From IMG/VR virus record IMGVR_UViG_3300033074_001347, positions 1 to 64,000 of that record: a stretch of 64,000 nucleotides of DNA; one strand, given 5' to 3'. The first letter of the stretch is position 1. Every line of letters begins with the position of its first letter. Source of the stretch: a virus (taxonomy: Duplodnaviria; Caudoviricetes). The notes under the pieces were generated by a model. It saw only the letters and a program-made list of their open reading frames with translations, was not told the DNA's origin and made no database searches. This document shows positions 1-9,154 of the stretch, piece after piece. The position numbers were made by a program, and so were the translations under genes.

Positions 1-83
1 TGATAAATTCATTGTGTCTTCTTTCCAGCGAGACATTAAGGTCTCAAATTGTTTGTGTAGCAATATAGATGTCATAGCCTTTT

Positions 84-383
84 CTATTCTATTAATTCCG
101 AGAATCGTGAAGGGAATAAAGATTCTGGTATGCAAATAGTTCTACTTACTGCTGTATCAAAAGAGAAAGTTATAAGCAAGCCTTTAGTAAAAGGGATGGA
201 TCTATCACTATTAACTATAATTATATTATTTAGTTTAGGTACTTGAAAGGTTAATTTTTTAAAGTAATCCCTAACAATATTTTTATTAGGGTAAGCTGAT
301 AAGGAGCTCTTCATAGCGTTGATAAAGTCAATAAAATCAGCGTCGCCATCTATAAATTTAACCTTGGCTTTATTGTTGTCCAT
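84..383 (-). CDS. hypothetical protein (99 aa)
   Basis: ORF with GAGGA-type RBS, co-oriented directly downstream of topoisomerase A; no recognisable motif. Confidence 0.6.
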   Translation of the reverse strand: MDNNKAKVKFIDGDADFIDFINAMKSSLSAYPNKNIVRDYFKKLTFQVPKLNNIIIVNSDRSIPFTKGLLITFSFDTAVSRTICIPESLFPSRFSELIE

Positions 384-406
384 TTCCTATTATCCTCATG
401 ATGTCC

Positions 407-1963
407 TTATTCTATAAATTTTAGCTCTTTAATTAAACTCGTGATTGAGTCTAATACTGACTGCTTTGGTTGTTTTAGACTCTTTTCGTTTTGTTTAATT
501 TTTAGCAGGAGTTCCTTAATTTGTTTTTCTATGGCAGTTCCATTAAGTTTAGATAGTCTATATGTTTGAAGTTCCAATATAGTATTGGCCTGTTCTTCTT
601 TTATCTTTAATTTTTTAGACAAATCCAAAGCCATCTTAACTTTAGATTCATGCTTGGCTTTCAGCACTTTAAAAATAACATCAATCTTATCTACCGCTAA
701 CTTTAACAAATATTGATACGCTAAATCTTCCTTTAACTTACTAATACGGTGCTTTAGCATTTCAACTTCCAGTTGAACCCTCCATTTACACCACTCGTTA
801 AGTAAATCTTTTATGTTTGTATCAATAAAGGCTGCATCCTCTACAATGTCTCCTAGGGCATCTTCCTCAAGATACCTCGCGGTAACATTTGTTGCTAAAG
901 TCATGCTGGTATTAAATGCCTTGCCCGCAATAGACTTAGCAATATTTTCTATATGTTTTGTCGCAACAGAAGGCTTTAAAGTAATAACTATTCTAATCCC
1001 ATTTTTATCAGAGGATTGGTCAATAACAGAAGCAATTTCTGAAACATCAAATAGTTTATTATTCAGTCGTTCTTCATCGTAGTTAGGCCCTACTCCAGTT
1101 ATTATTATTTGTTTTTTAGTTGGGTCTACTTTATAATTATGTTGGACAATAAACCGGCCCCTGCCCGTTTTAACATAATTTTTAAAATCAGATTTAGGGG
1201 TTACATTAATCCCTCCCCATTTATAGTTTATCTTTAACTTTTTAAGTAAATGTTTTGTTTTTATTTCCTTACCTTCTAAATACATCTGTACCAGTTCGAT
1301 AAGCCCTTTTATATTAAAGGGCGGAAATCCACAAGTTGTACCTACAGCAATACCTTGCATACCTGCCATAAGAATATAAGGTACTTTACAAGGAAGATAG
1401 AGCGGCTCTTTTTTGGTTCCATCGTAATTAGATACCATTGGTGTTACTGCCAAGTATTCGGGATCTAAGAATAGGGTTTGTGCAAACTTTGATAGTCGAG
1501 CTTCTACGTATCGTTGTGCAGCAGCATCCTCACCAGCAAACCATCCCCAACTCCCAGAACCATCTACTAATGAATAAGGAGCTAGTACCATTGTTTGCAT
1601 AGCGGAGTGTAAAGAACTATCTCCATGAGGAGAATAATTACCCATAGTAACCCCATGCCACTTAGCTGCTTTTACATAAGGTTTGTTATAGTTAAATCCT
1701 TCTACATAACCTGCCCATAGAATCTTTCTATGCACGGGCTTAAGTCCATCCCTATAGTCAGGTAATGCCCTATTCTTAATCACTTCACCGGCATATTTTT
1801 TAAAATAGGAAGAGCTAACCCCTAGGATATCAACGTCAACGGTAGTTCCAGGTTTAGTATTCAAGGTAGAATTAAATTTTTTGGCTACTTTATGTATCTC
1901 GCTTTCATTTTTCTTTTCGGCACGCTTCCAAGATAACTTTGATAGTTCTACAAGTTTTGTCAT
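407..1963 (-). CDS. gyrA: type IIA DNA topoisomerase subunit A (GyrA/ParC-like), no C-terminal beta-pinwheel
   Basis: RALPDYRDGLKPVHRKIL, YSPHGDSS, GSGSWG and AAQRYVEARL (catalytic Tyr) motifs; only 518 aa. Confidence 0.93.
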   Translation of the reverse strand: MTKLVELSKLSWKRAEKKNESEIHKVAKKFNSTLNTKPGTTVDVDILGVSSSYFKKYAGEVIKNRALPDYRDGLKPVHRKILWAGYVEGFNYNKPYVKAAKWHGVTMGNYSPHGDSSLHSAMQTMVLAPYSLVDGSGSWGWFAGEDAAAQRYVEARLSKFAQTLFLDPEYLAVTPMVSNYDGTKKEPLYLPCKVPYILMAGMQGIAVGTTCGFPPFNIKGLIELVQMYLEGKEIKTKHLLKKLKINYKWGGINVTPKSDFKNYVKTGRGRFIVQHNYKVDPTKKQIIITGVGPNYDEERLNNKLFDVSEIASVIDQSSDKNGIRIVITLKPSVATKHIENIAKSIAGKAFNTSMTLATNVTARYLEEDALGDIVEDAAFIDTNIKDLLNEWCKWRVQLEVEMLKHRISKLKEDLAYQYLLKLAVDKIDVIFKVLKAKHESKVKMALDLSKKLKIKEEQANTILELQTYRLSKLNGTAIEKQIKELLLKIKQNEKSLKQPKQSVLDSITSLIKELKFIE

Positions 1964-1964
1964 G

Positions 1965-3833
1965 TTAAATACCCATCAGTTCCTTGCGCATTGTAATATC
2001 CTCTCCTACTAGTGAGATAAACTTTTTGCCATTTCCTTTTTCTATTATTTTAACTCGCATCAACCTTCTGGTTTTTTCGTCCATGGCTACCTCTCTAATT
2101 AACGAAGCCTCTGCTTCACCCCAGCCTTTCATTCTAGTAATAGGAGCGTTTGGAGAAATCATCTTTTTTAGATCTCTAAGCGTAGCAGCATAAACATTTT
2201 TTGACCCTATTTGAGATTTAAACAATGGGGCATCTACCAAATATACCATTCCTTTTTCAAACAGAGAGGGCATCAATCTATGAATTAAAGCTATTAACAA
2301 TACATTAATATGTAGCCCATCTTCGTCTGCATCTGCCAAGAAAATCAACCTACCAATTCTTAGGTGCTCAACAGGATTTTTATTAGCAGGGTTATAGCCA
2401 ATTGCTTTTAGAATGTCTATTACTGTTTGACTTTCTACTACATCCGAAACTTTCTTTACCTTATAAGCGTTTTGAATTTTACCTCTAATCGGAAGAATTT
2501 CCTGAAAGTTAGGGTCTCGTGCTTGCTTTGGTGTTCCTTTAGCTGAGTCCCCTTCTACAATAAACAATTCTCGTTTCGAGGGGTCTTTGGTGGTAGATCC
2601 GGCAAGTTTAGCTGGTAGTAAGGACCTACCTCCTTTATTAGTTTTTAATGCAGCGGCTAACTTTTTATTGGAGGCCCATTGCTGCTGGGCCTCCCTGATT
2701 GCAGCGGCTCTATCCACAATTCTTTTAGCCAAAGCTTTATTAGACGCAAAGTACTTTTTTATTTCCCCGGATAAATTGGCAATTACTATGTCTGCCGCTT
2801 CTGTAGAGGCCAGCTTCTCCTTAGTCTGTGAAGTAAACTTAGGGCTAGGTATCTTAACATTTAATAATCCTACTAACCCTACTTTTAGGTCGTCTATTCT
2901 ATACTCACGCTTACCTTTATACGGGGCCAAGGCCTCCTGTAAAACTTTGTAAAAGGCTTGTTCATGTGTACCACCATCCACGGTTTTTATGCCACAGGCA
3001 AAGCTACTAAACATATTCTCATCACTACTACAAAACTGCATCCCACAGCTAATATTTTTAGAGGAGAACACAAATGGTTGACCGTCCAGTTCATAGTCGG
3101 ACGCCTCTTTTTTAATAAAGGCTTTCACACCTTCCTTGTTATAATATACTTTTTGGTGTTTCGGTGTGTAAAGAACAAAGTAAGATCCCTCGTTAAGGTA
3201 CGATTGAAGTTCAAACCACTCGGGCATTTTAGATAAATCTAGTTTAGATTTTTTATCAAAAACCGAGAGATCAAACTTAAACCTAATTATGGTTCCCTCA
3301 CTAAATTTTGCCTTGCCCGCAAATTTGCGCACTTTGCTTGGTAATTCAATATTCGGTTTGCCAATCTTTTTCACACTACTGGTAGGCTTGCCTTTCTTAA
3401 AGGTTTGAGACCACCATTTACTATTAAAATAAGTGTTTACCTCAAAAAGTTCCGACGTAGCATTAGTAGCAGTGGCCCCAATTCCGTGAGTGCCCCCCGA
3501 CACGCTATAAGCTTTTCCACCACCTAACTTACCCCCTGCGTGTAACTTGGTAAACACTGCCGTTAGTGTGTTAATTTTATACTTAGGGTGAACACCCGTT
3601 GGAATACCTTTACCTCCATCCCATACAGTTATAACCCCTTGATCATCTATATACATACCAACTATATTATTTCTACCTGCTAGAATTTCGTCTACCGCAT
3701 TATCTACTATTTCTTTTGTAGCATGATACATAGCATCACTACCAGAGCTACCTAAGTACATAGAAAGCTTTTTCCTTACGGCCTCTGTACCTTCTAAGAT
3801 TTCAATATCGCTTACGTCATATCCCTTAGCCAT
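1965..3833 (-). CDS. gyrB: type IIA DNA topoisomerase subunit B (GyrB/ParE-like)
   Basis: GHKL motifs EIVDNAVDE, DGGKGIP, GGTHGIG; TOPRIM EGDSA, PIRGKI, ADADEDG; RMKGWGE. Confidence 0.95.
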   Translation of the reverse strand: MAKGYDVSDIEILEGTEAVRKKLSMYLGSSGSDAMYHATKEIVDNAVDEILAGRNNIVGMYIDDQGVITVWDGGKGIPTGVHPKYKINTLTAVFTKLHAGGKLGGGKAYSVSGGTHGIGATATNATSELFEVNTYFNSKWWSQTFKKGKPTSSVKKIGKPNIELPSKVRKFAGKAKFSEGTIIRFKFDLSVFDKKSKLDLSKMPEWFELQSYLNEGSYFVLYTPKHQKVYYNKEGVKAFIKKEASDYELDGQPFVFSSKNISCGMQFCSSDENMFSSFACGIKTVDGGTHEQAFYKVLQEALAPYKGKREYRIDDLKVGLVGLLNVKIPSPKFTSQTKEKLASTEAADIVIANLSGEIKKYFASNKALAKRIVDRAAAIREAQQQWASNKKLAAALKTNKGGRSLLPAKLAGSTTKDPSKRELFIVEGDSAKGTPKQARDPNFQEILPIRGKIQNAYKVKKVSDVVESQTVIDILKAIGYNPANKNPVEHLRIGRLIFLADADEDGLHINVLLIALIHRLMPSLFEKGMVYLVDAPLFKSQIGSKNVYAATLRDLKKMISPNAPITRMKGWGEAEASLIREVAMDEKTRRLMRVKIIEKGNGKKFISLVGEDITMRKELMGI

Positions 3834-3850
3834 AATTAGCTCCCTTTATC

Positions 3851-4186
3851 CTACAATGGTTTTTTTAGATCTTTTATTAGCATATCCACACATGCTTTTA
3901 AATTATTATTTTGCTCTACTATAGTTCTGGCCATTACCCTATTGAAAGAAATTTTACGATACGTCGTAAACACATCGTAAGCTACGAATAGTGCAAATTG
4001 CGCTACCAACCCTGATAGCAAAATTCCTAGTGGTAGTCTAATATTACATATCATTAGAAATATCCTATATATACTCCTGACTGATAATCTTATTTTCCTT
4101 TCAAAAGTTCTGGAATGGTGAAGGATTATTCTCCACCTTAAACTATATACTTCCGACAGCCCGTGTATATCCAGCAACCTAGTCAT
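3851..4186 (-). CDS. hypothetical, probably membrane protein
   Basis: ATG at 4186 lies next to the upstream stop (track start 4267 overlaps the upstream gene); hydrophobic segment LPLGILLSGLVAQFALFVAY. Confidence 0.55.
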   Translation of the reverse strand: MTRLLDIHGLSEVYSLRWRIILHHSRTFERKIRLSVRSIYRIFLMICNIRLPLGILLSGLVAQFALFVAYDVFTTYRKISFNRVMARTIVEQNNNLKACVDMLIKDLKKPL

Positions 4187-4187
4187 T

Positions 4188-4637
4188 TCAATTTTTCCTA
4201 GTAGATCTATTCTTTTTAGAACGGTCTCTATTATCAATTTCCTTGAGTGGTTTCTTAACCGCTTCAAATACTGTATAATCCTGTCTGTAGTGAATAATTA
4301 CTTCCCCCTCATCTACAGAGATAAAATTATCGTACTCTTTTGGGATGAGAGTACCACTGGCTTCTACTTTTTGTGTACCGGGAGTTAATACTCCAATATA
4401 GCTATATTCAGAGTCTACTCCCCCACCAAAATATGCTATGTTGTTCCAAGTAACAAACCTGCTAATTCTTGTTCGTGATCCAAATCGTCTATAGGAGAAA
4501 AGGATGCCTACTTTCGTTACTTCCTCTATCTCTAATTCCGTTCTATCCTCTGAACTATACTCCTCTACATAAAATCCCGAGGGTATGTTTAGTGTCACAT
4601 CAAATATAGTATCCTCATACTTCTTCAAAGTATCCAT
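4188..4637 (-). CDS. hypothetical protein (149 aa)
   Basis: ORF with GGAGG RBS, just downstream of a terminator. Confidence 0.65.
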   Translation of the reverse strand: MDTLKKYEDTIFDVTLNIPSGFYVEEYSSEDRTELEIEEVTKVGILFSYRRFGSRTRISRFVTWNNIAYFGGGVDSEYSYIGVLTPGTQKVEASGTLIPKEYDNFISVDEGEVIIHYRQDYTVFEAVKKPLKEIDNRDRSKKNRSTRKN

Positions 4638-4662
4638 CTTTAGATGTCCTTACCTCCAAATT

Positions 4663-4690
4663 AAAAAGGGCGGTATAGACCGCCCCTTTT
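4663..4690 (-). terminator. rho-independent terminator (possibly bidirectional)
   Basis: GGGCGGT-ATAG-ACCGCCC stem flanked by A-run and T-run, immediately after the stop of 4705..5298. Confidence 0.8.
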
Positions 4691-4704
4691 CACCGTACCA
4701 CTGA

Positions 4705-5298
4705 TTAGCGGCGACCGCGACCCTTGGCGGGACGGCCACGCTTAGCCTTTACAGGAGGCTTCTTTCCCTTAGCAGCGGGACGACCGGGTTTTGCCTTGGC
4801 GGGACGGCCACGCTTAGCCTTTACAGGAGGCTTCTTTCCCTTAGCAGCGGGACGGCCACGCTTAGCGGGCTTATCATCCTCATCGTCCTCATCATCCTCA
4901 TCTTCATCTTCATCGTCGTCAGACTCATCTTCATCCTCATCTTCATCTTCATCATCCTCTTCTTCATCATCATCTTCATCTTCATCATCCTCTTCTTCAT
5001 CATCATCTTCATCATCGGACTCATCATCTTCATCGTCGTCAGACTCATCTTCATCTTCATCCTCTTCTTCATCATCCTCTTCTTCATCTTCATCAGACTC
5101 ATCATCTTCATCCTCGTCATCGTCCGACTTCTTACCCTTGGCCTTCTTACCTTCTTCGGCAGAAGGTACTTCATCTAGTAGCCCATCAATGGCGGAAAGC
5201 ACTGCAAGTAGTGCTTGCTGTTGTGCCAGCGTTAGGCCCTCGGCGTTTTCTTTGAGGCTTTCCAATACTTCTTCAATCTTCTTTACTAGCTTACTCAT
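4705..5298 (-). CDS. acidic low-complexity protein with C-terminal AT-hook (RGRP) repeats; HMGA-like DNA-binding candidate
   Basis: N-terminal helix, ~85-aa D/E tract, then three KRGRP plus one PGRP in a Lys/Ala/Pro-rich tail; AAGGA RBS; followed by terminator. Confidence 0.75.
   Translation of the reverse strand: MSKLVKKIEEVLESLKENAEGLTLAQQQALLAVLSAIDGLLDEVPSAEEGKKAKGKKSDDDEDEDDESDEDEEEDDEEEDEDEDESDDDEDDESDDEDDDEEEDDEDEDDDEEEDDEDEDEDEDESDDDEDEDEDDEDDEDDKPAKRGRPAAKGKKPPVKAKRGRPAKAKPGRPAAKGKKPPVKAKRGRPAKGRGRR
4722..4854. repeat. ~61-bp direct repeat (4722-4782 and 4794-4854) encoding the AT-hook units
   Basis: ccttggcgggacggccacgcttagcctttacaggaggcttctttcccttagcagcgggacg occurs twice at 72-bp offset. 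Confidence 0.8.
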
Positions 5299-5544
5299 TG
5301 TATTTTGTCCTTTTGGTTTGATTTTGGTGATTAGGTTAGCTTAACGATTTGTTATTATGATCGCACTAATGTATCCTCCCATTTTTATGTCATTTAACTT
5401 TACCATTTTTACTTGGTAAGGTTAAAACTTTATAAATACTGCCCGCAATCAGTTTACTATATTTTTATATGGCAGTAAAGTTTTATTTTACAACTCTTAC
5501 AAATATAGTTTATTTGGCGGTTTTCAGCCACTTTTTATTGTATA

Positions 5545-6951
5545 CTATAAATCAGAGTCCTCTAAATCCCCAGACTCATCATTATTTCGTGCAAATGCAA
5601 ATAGCTGGGTAGCTAAACCCGACTTTAGCTGTTTAAAGCACGTTGCGCGTATATCACTCTTAAATTTTTCCTTGGTTTTTACCTCTAGTAGACCAGTCTC
5701 TGCAAGGATAGTGCGTTTAAATAATTCCCAAGAATATAGCTCTTTCCTATTTATTTTTGGATCATCATCTACCGAAGACTTAAAAACAATATTAAATCCC
5801 TTCTTTCTAGAACCTACCAACTGGCCTGTCATAACCAAATATGCGTAAGTATCAAATACTGGATCAATACCAAATCCTTTCCCTTTACCATTATCTACCC
5901 ATATCCTCATCCATCCTTCTAAATTGGAAGTACCACCCTTATTTTTAATATTTTTTATATGTTTATAATGATAGGTATCCTCACCTTTTATAATGCTTTT
6001 CTCATTCTCTGACCATGCTCCATCACCCACTTTTACGCCACTAACTGCACGCTTATTAACCCTACAACGATTGGTTGAATAAAATTTTAGGGCATTGCCG
6101 CAGGGCTCGTACTCAGGATTGCCAAATCTTTCCCCAGGGTTCAATCTAACCTGATTGATACCCCAAATAGTAGCAGCTTTGGCTTTTAAAAGCCCATTAA
6201 CCCTTTTCACCCATTTGGAATATGCCAAAGCGTCAACTGCCATACCATTCCCTTCGGATTCCTCTTCCATGATAGCACGAGTTACCAATGATGGATAGGA
6301 ATCAATCATAATTATAGCTTGCAGTTTATCATCAGGCGCTTCACAATAATACATACCAGTCTTAGTATATAATTTAGGATCGTAGTTCAGCCCCATAGAT
6401 TTCATTGCAGCTATGCCTACTTTGGTACGTTCAAATACTAAATACCAATTTTTACGTTCCTGACGATATACCTTATCTGGTAGCGCGTTAAGGGTGCGCT
6501 GTATTGTTTTATACACAGTTTCCAATACGTTTTCGGTATAGTATCTTATCTTTGGCTTTATTATCCAGTTACCGTTATTATCTCTTTCGCCTAATAGCCC
6601 AGCTAGGGACTTAACCCCAAATAACCTAGCGGTATAATCAGGATCAAGGGTACCCTCTGCATTAAAGTACATTATAACAGGTATTTTTGCTTTTACCGCA
6701 GAATTTAAAACACTAATACCTACAGTAGACTTTGCACTTTGTTCCGGCCCTGAGGTAGTATACATACCAGCACCAACCCCGCCCCCATTTATCAGATCAT
6801 ATACTAATATGCCTGTAGAGATTTTCAACTGGTCGCCTGTAGTGTTTACTAATTGTAAACTTTTTTCGGTGGCATCAACTGCATCAGACATAAACTGTGC
6901 TAATGGTGAAAGTGTATTTTTACTTGATTTTGATTTAGACTTTTTAGTCAT
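5545..6951 (-). CDS. recA: RecA/UvsX-family recombinase
   Basis: ISTGILVYDLINGGG, variant Walker A GPEQSAKST, Walker B IMIDS, INQVR, GNPEYEPCGNALKFYS; ~50-aa insertion before Walker B. Confidence 0.92.
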   Translation of the reverse strand: MTKKSKSKSSKNTLSPLAQFMSDAVDATEKSLQLVNTTGDQLKISTGILVYDLINGGGVGAGMYTTSGPEQSAKSTVGISVLNSAVKAKIPVIMYFNAEGTLDPDYTARLFGVKSLAGLLGERDNNGNWIIKPKIRYYTENVLETVYKTIQRTLNALPDKVYRQERKNWYLVFERTKVGIAAMKSMGLNYDPKLYTKTGMYYCEAPDDKLQAIIMIDSYPSLVTRAIMEEESEGNGMAVDALAYSKWVKRVNGLLKAKAATIWGINQVRLNPGERFGNPEYEPCGNALKFYSTNRCRVNKRAVSGVKVGDGAWSENEKSIIKGEDTYHYKHIKNIKNKGGTSNLEGWMRIWVDNGKGKGFGIDPVFDTYAYLVMTGQLVGSRKKGFNIVFKSSVDDDPKINRKELYSWELFKRTILAETGLLEVKTKEKFKSDIRATCFKQLKSGLATQLFAFARNNDESGDLEDSDL

Positions 6952-6967
6952 AGTATGCTCCTTATTA

Positions 6968-6994
6968 AAAGAAGGCCCTAATAGGGCCTTCTTT
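6968..6994 (-). terminator. rho-independent terminator
   Basis: AAAGAAGGCCCT-AAT-AGGGCCTTCTTT inverted repeat between 7007..8110 and recA. Confidence 0.8.
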
Positions 6995-7006
6995 GTTTAA
7001 ACGGTC

Positions 7007-8110
7007 TTAGAAATCGTCGTCCTCATCGTCCTCATAATCATCGTCCTTAGCGATCTTCTTTTTCTTTTTCTTCTTTGGTGGGAGATCGTCCTCATAATCA
7101 TCGTCCTCATCCTCATCTTCATCATCGTCAAATTCATCATCGTCCTCTACAATCTTCTTTTTCTTTTTCTTAGGGGGTTTTTCTTCGTCTAAATCATCAA
7201 AATCGTCATCTTCATCGTCTGTAATCTTCTTCTTTTTCTTCTTTGGTGATTCCTCTACGTCTAATTCCTCATCAAATTCATCATCATCCTCAACAACCTT
7301 CTTTTTCTTTTTCTTTGGGAGATCGTCCTCATCCTCATCGCCGTCAGAGGCAAATAGAGGTTCCCCATCATCATCTACAGCCATTTTAGCCAGTCTTGTG
7401 GCGTTTTGTGTAGCTTCCTCAAGAGTCTCATTAGGTTTAATCCCAGACAGAGAATAATATAGGTACTCTAGTTCATCCTCGGTTATAGGAGTACGTTCTG
7501 CCTTTTGTACGTTATACATTGCACCGCCCTTCTGATCGGGGTCAAATAATACGTTTACGTCAATTCCATACTTTGGGTGGTCAATATCGTAGTTTTTAAC
7601 TTCGCCAGTCTTTTTTGACTTGACTCTATTTAAGTCTTTTAAAGCTTGAAGCTGCTGCATCAATGATGCGGGTAGACGTACTACCCTAACAGGTGTCCAG
7701 CTACGGCTATCCTTTTCTTTGGGAAAGAACGAGAAGCCGTCCTCTGTGATTTTCTTAGATTCCTTCTTAGTATGCGGAGCCTTCTTACGGGGTTCGTCCT
7801 CTTGCAATTCCCTAATAATGGCATTAGCAAAATAATACCTGCGGAAAGTAAAACCTTTTTCTGTATAGGGGCATTTTTTATCTGTGAAGGAATCAGTATT
7901 GGGATCATAATTTTGTGCCAATACCATTGCGGCCCCTATGTTACCATCCTTCTTTTTTAGCTTTATAAAGTTGTAGGCTGCCCCTTTTACCGGGCCTACA
8001 AAACGTAGTTGTACGAACTGTTTTTTATGTTCTTGGAAATCAAATAGGTCAATTCCGTCATCAAGGCGAGTACGATCACCACCAACGCGGGGCTTAAACT
8101 TATTAAACAT
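7007..8110 (-). CDS. probable single-stranded DNA-binding protein (gp32-like) with long charge-blocked tail
   Basis: adjacent to recA; folded aromatic/basic N-domain; acidic tail ending DDDF; AAGGAG RBS. Function inferred from architecture and context. Confidence 0.65.
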   Translation of the reverse strand: MFNKFKPRVGGDRTRLDDGIDLFDFQEHKKQFVQLRFVGPVKGAAYNFIKLKKKDGNIGAAMVLAQNYDPNTDSFTDKKCPYTEKGFTFRRYYFANAIIRELQEDEPRKKAPHTKKESKKITEDGFSFFPKEKDSRSWTPVRVVRLPASLMQQLQALKDLNRVKSKKTGEVKNYDIDHPKYGIDVNVLFDPDQKGGAMYNVQKAERTPITEDELEYLYYSLSGIKPNETLEEATQNATRLAKMAVDDDGEPLFASDGDEDEDDLPKKKKKKVVEDDDEFDEELDVEESPKKKKKKITDDEDDDFDDLDEEKPPKKKKKKIVEDDDEFDDDEDEDEDDDYEDDLPPKKKKKKKIAKDDDYEDDEDDDF

Positions 8111-8130
8111 AATTTCACTCCTTTTATTTA

Positions 8131-9153
8131 CTATATTTTACCAATTTCAATTTCATTGGCTTTTATAAAGTCTTCCTTGGAAATATTAATAGGTATGTTA
8201 TAATATAACATGGCCAATTCTATTCCCGGTATTAGCATCAATCTTTTAATTATAAAGGACTCACTAAGTTTATCTATTATATGATCCTCTAGTACGTGTT
8301 CGTTTTCTTTATCCTCACTAATACTAGTTATTGGGTAGCCTAAGTTATTCAGCTTACCATTCTCTGATACTATTCTTTTCCTTTCAATAGGTGTTATCGT
8401 ATAGGCTTGCCCTATTTCATGACTAAACTCTGGACTGGTTCTAGCGTTTATTAACCATAGGTCTATATAGCTTGCCAGGGCACCATTATGGTGTGAGTAT
8501 CTATCAATGGTATTACTAATAGCACTAACATAGTTTTTAAACAAGTCACTCATATCTACGGGTACTTCCGTACCCCCACTATCCTTCCAGGCCCTCTTTG
8601 CAGCATACAATAAATATTTACCTATTATAAGCTGTTTAAACTTATTTGCATATTTGATATTATCCCTTACTATTCTGTAACTAGGTACCAAGTACAAGGC
8701 CGAAGTACCTAATGTGCTAGCTAAATAATCTAGTTCAGACTGAGCTATAGCATCACCTAATAGCACCCTGTTGTTTAATACCTCTACCCCGTCTGTCAGC
8801 CTCAAAAATTGATCTGCTATATAGAATTGAAAAGTACGTTCTAACTCTGTTCCTTCATATAAGGTGAATCTTTCCTCAGGTGCTAGAAAAAACAATGCGA
8901 ACAGATTTCTTAATGTGGTTGGCCTATCATATAGTAGAGAAAATTTCCTACGGGAATTTATTATCATATAAAGATATAGCTGTGCTAATTCGTCCAAGAA
9001 CCACTGAGTATATAGTATTGTAGGTTGTATAGCATTGAATAAAAAGGTGTCTAGAACATGGCTAATCTGATTTCCTGCCAGGTTATCGTGTAACTGGTTA
9101 GCCGATGCTAATAAATGACTTATACTGCCTATGTCTATATATGAATTGCTCAT
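8131..9153 (-). CDS. divergent sigma-70-family RNA polymerase sigma factor
   Basis: KYLLYAAKRAW...DMSDLFKNYVSAISNTIDRYSHHNGALASYIDLWLINA parallels sigma70 region 2 (NLRLV..IAKKY...DLIQEGNIGLMKAVDKF..RRGYKFSTYATWWIRQA). Confidence 0.6.
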   Translation of the reverse strand: MSNSYIDIGSISHLLASANQLHDNLAGNQISHVLDTFLFNAIQPTILYTQWFLDELAQLYLYMIINSRRKFSLLYDRPTTLRNLFALFFLAPEERFTLYEGTELERTFQFYIADQFLRLTDGVEVLNNRVLLGDAIAQSELDYLASTLGTSALYLVPSYRIVRDNIKYANKFKQLIIGKYLLYAAKRAWKDSGGTEVPVDMSDLFKNYVSAISNTIDRYSHHNGALASYIDLWLINARTSPEFSHEIGQAYTITPIERKRIVSENGKLNNLGYPITSISEDKENEHVLEDHIIDKLSESFIIKRLMLIPGIELAMLYYNIPINISKEDFIKANEIEIGKI

Positions 9154-9154
9154 A

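Noticed and set aside
1-75. Truncated minus-strand ORF starting at 75 (MTSILLHKQF...)
   Set aside because: Only 25 codons visible; too little to call
4724-5344. Ser-rich plus-strand ORF and Met/Lys-rich 4821..5174 ORF
   Set aside because: Shadow frames of the low-complexity GAT/GAA repeats in the acidic AT-hook gene; no RBS
6360-6510. Possible intein in RecA (protein is 468 aa)
   Set aside because: The extra ~50-aa insertion lacks Cys/Ser start, TxxH and HN-C/S/T motifs
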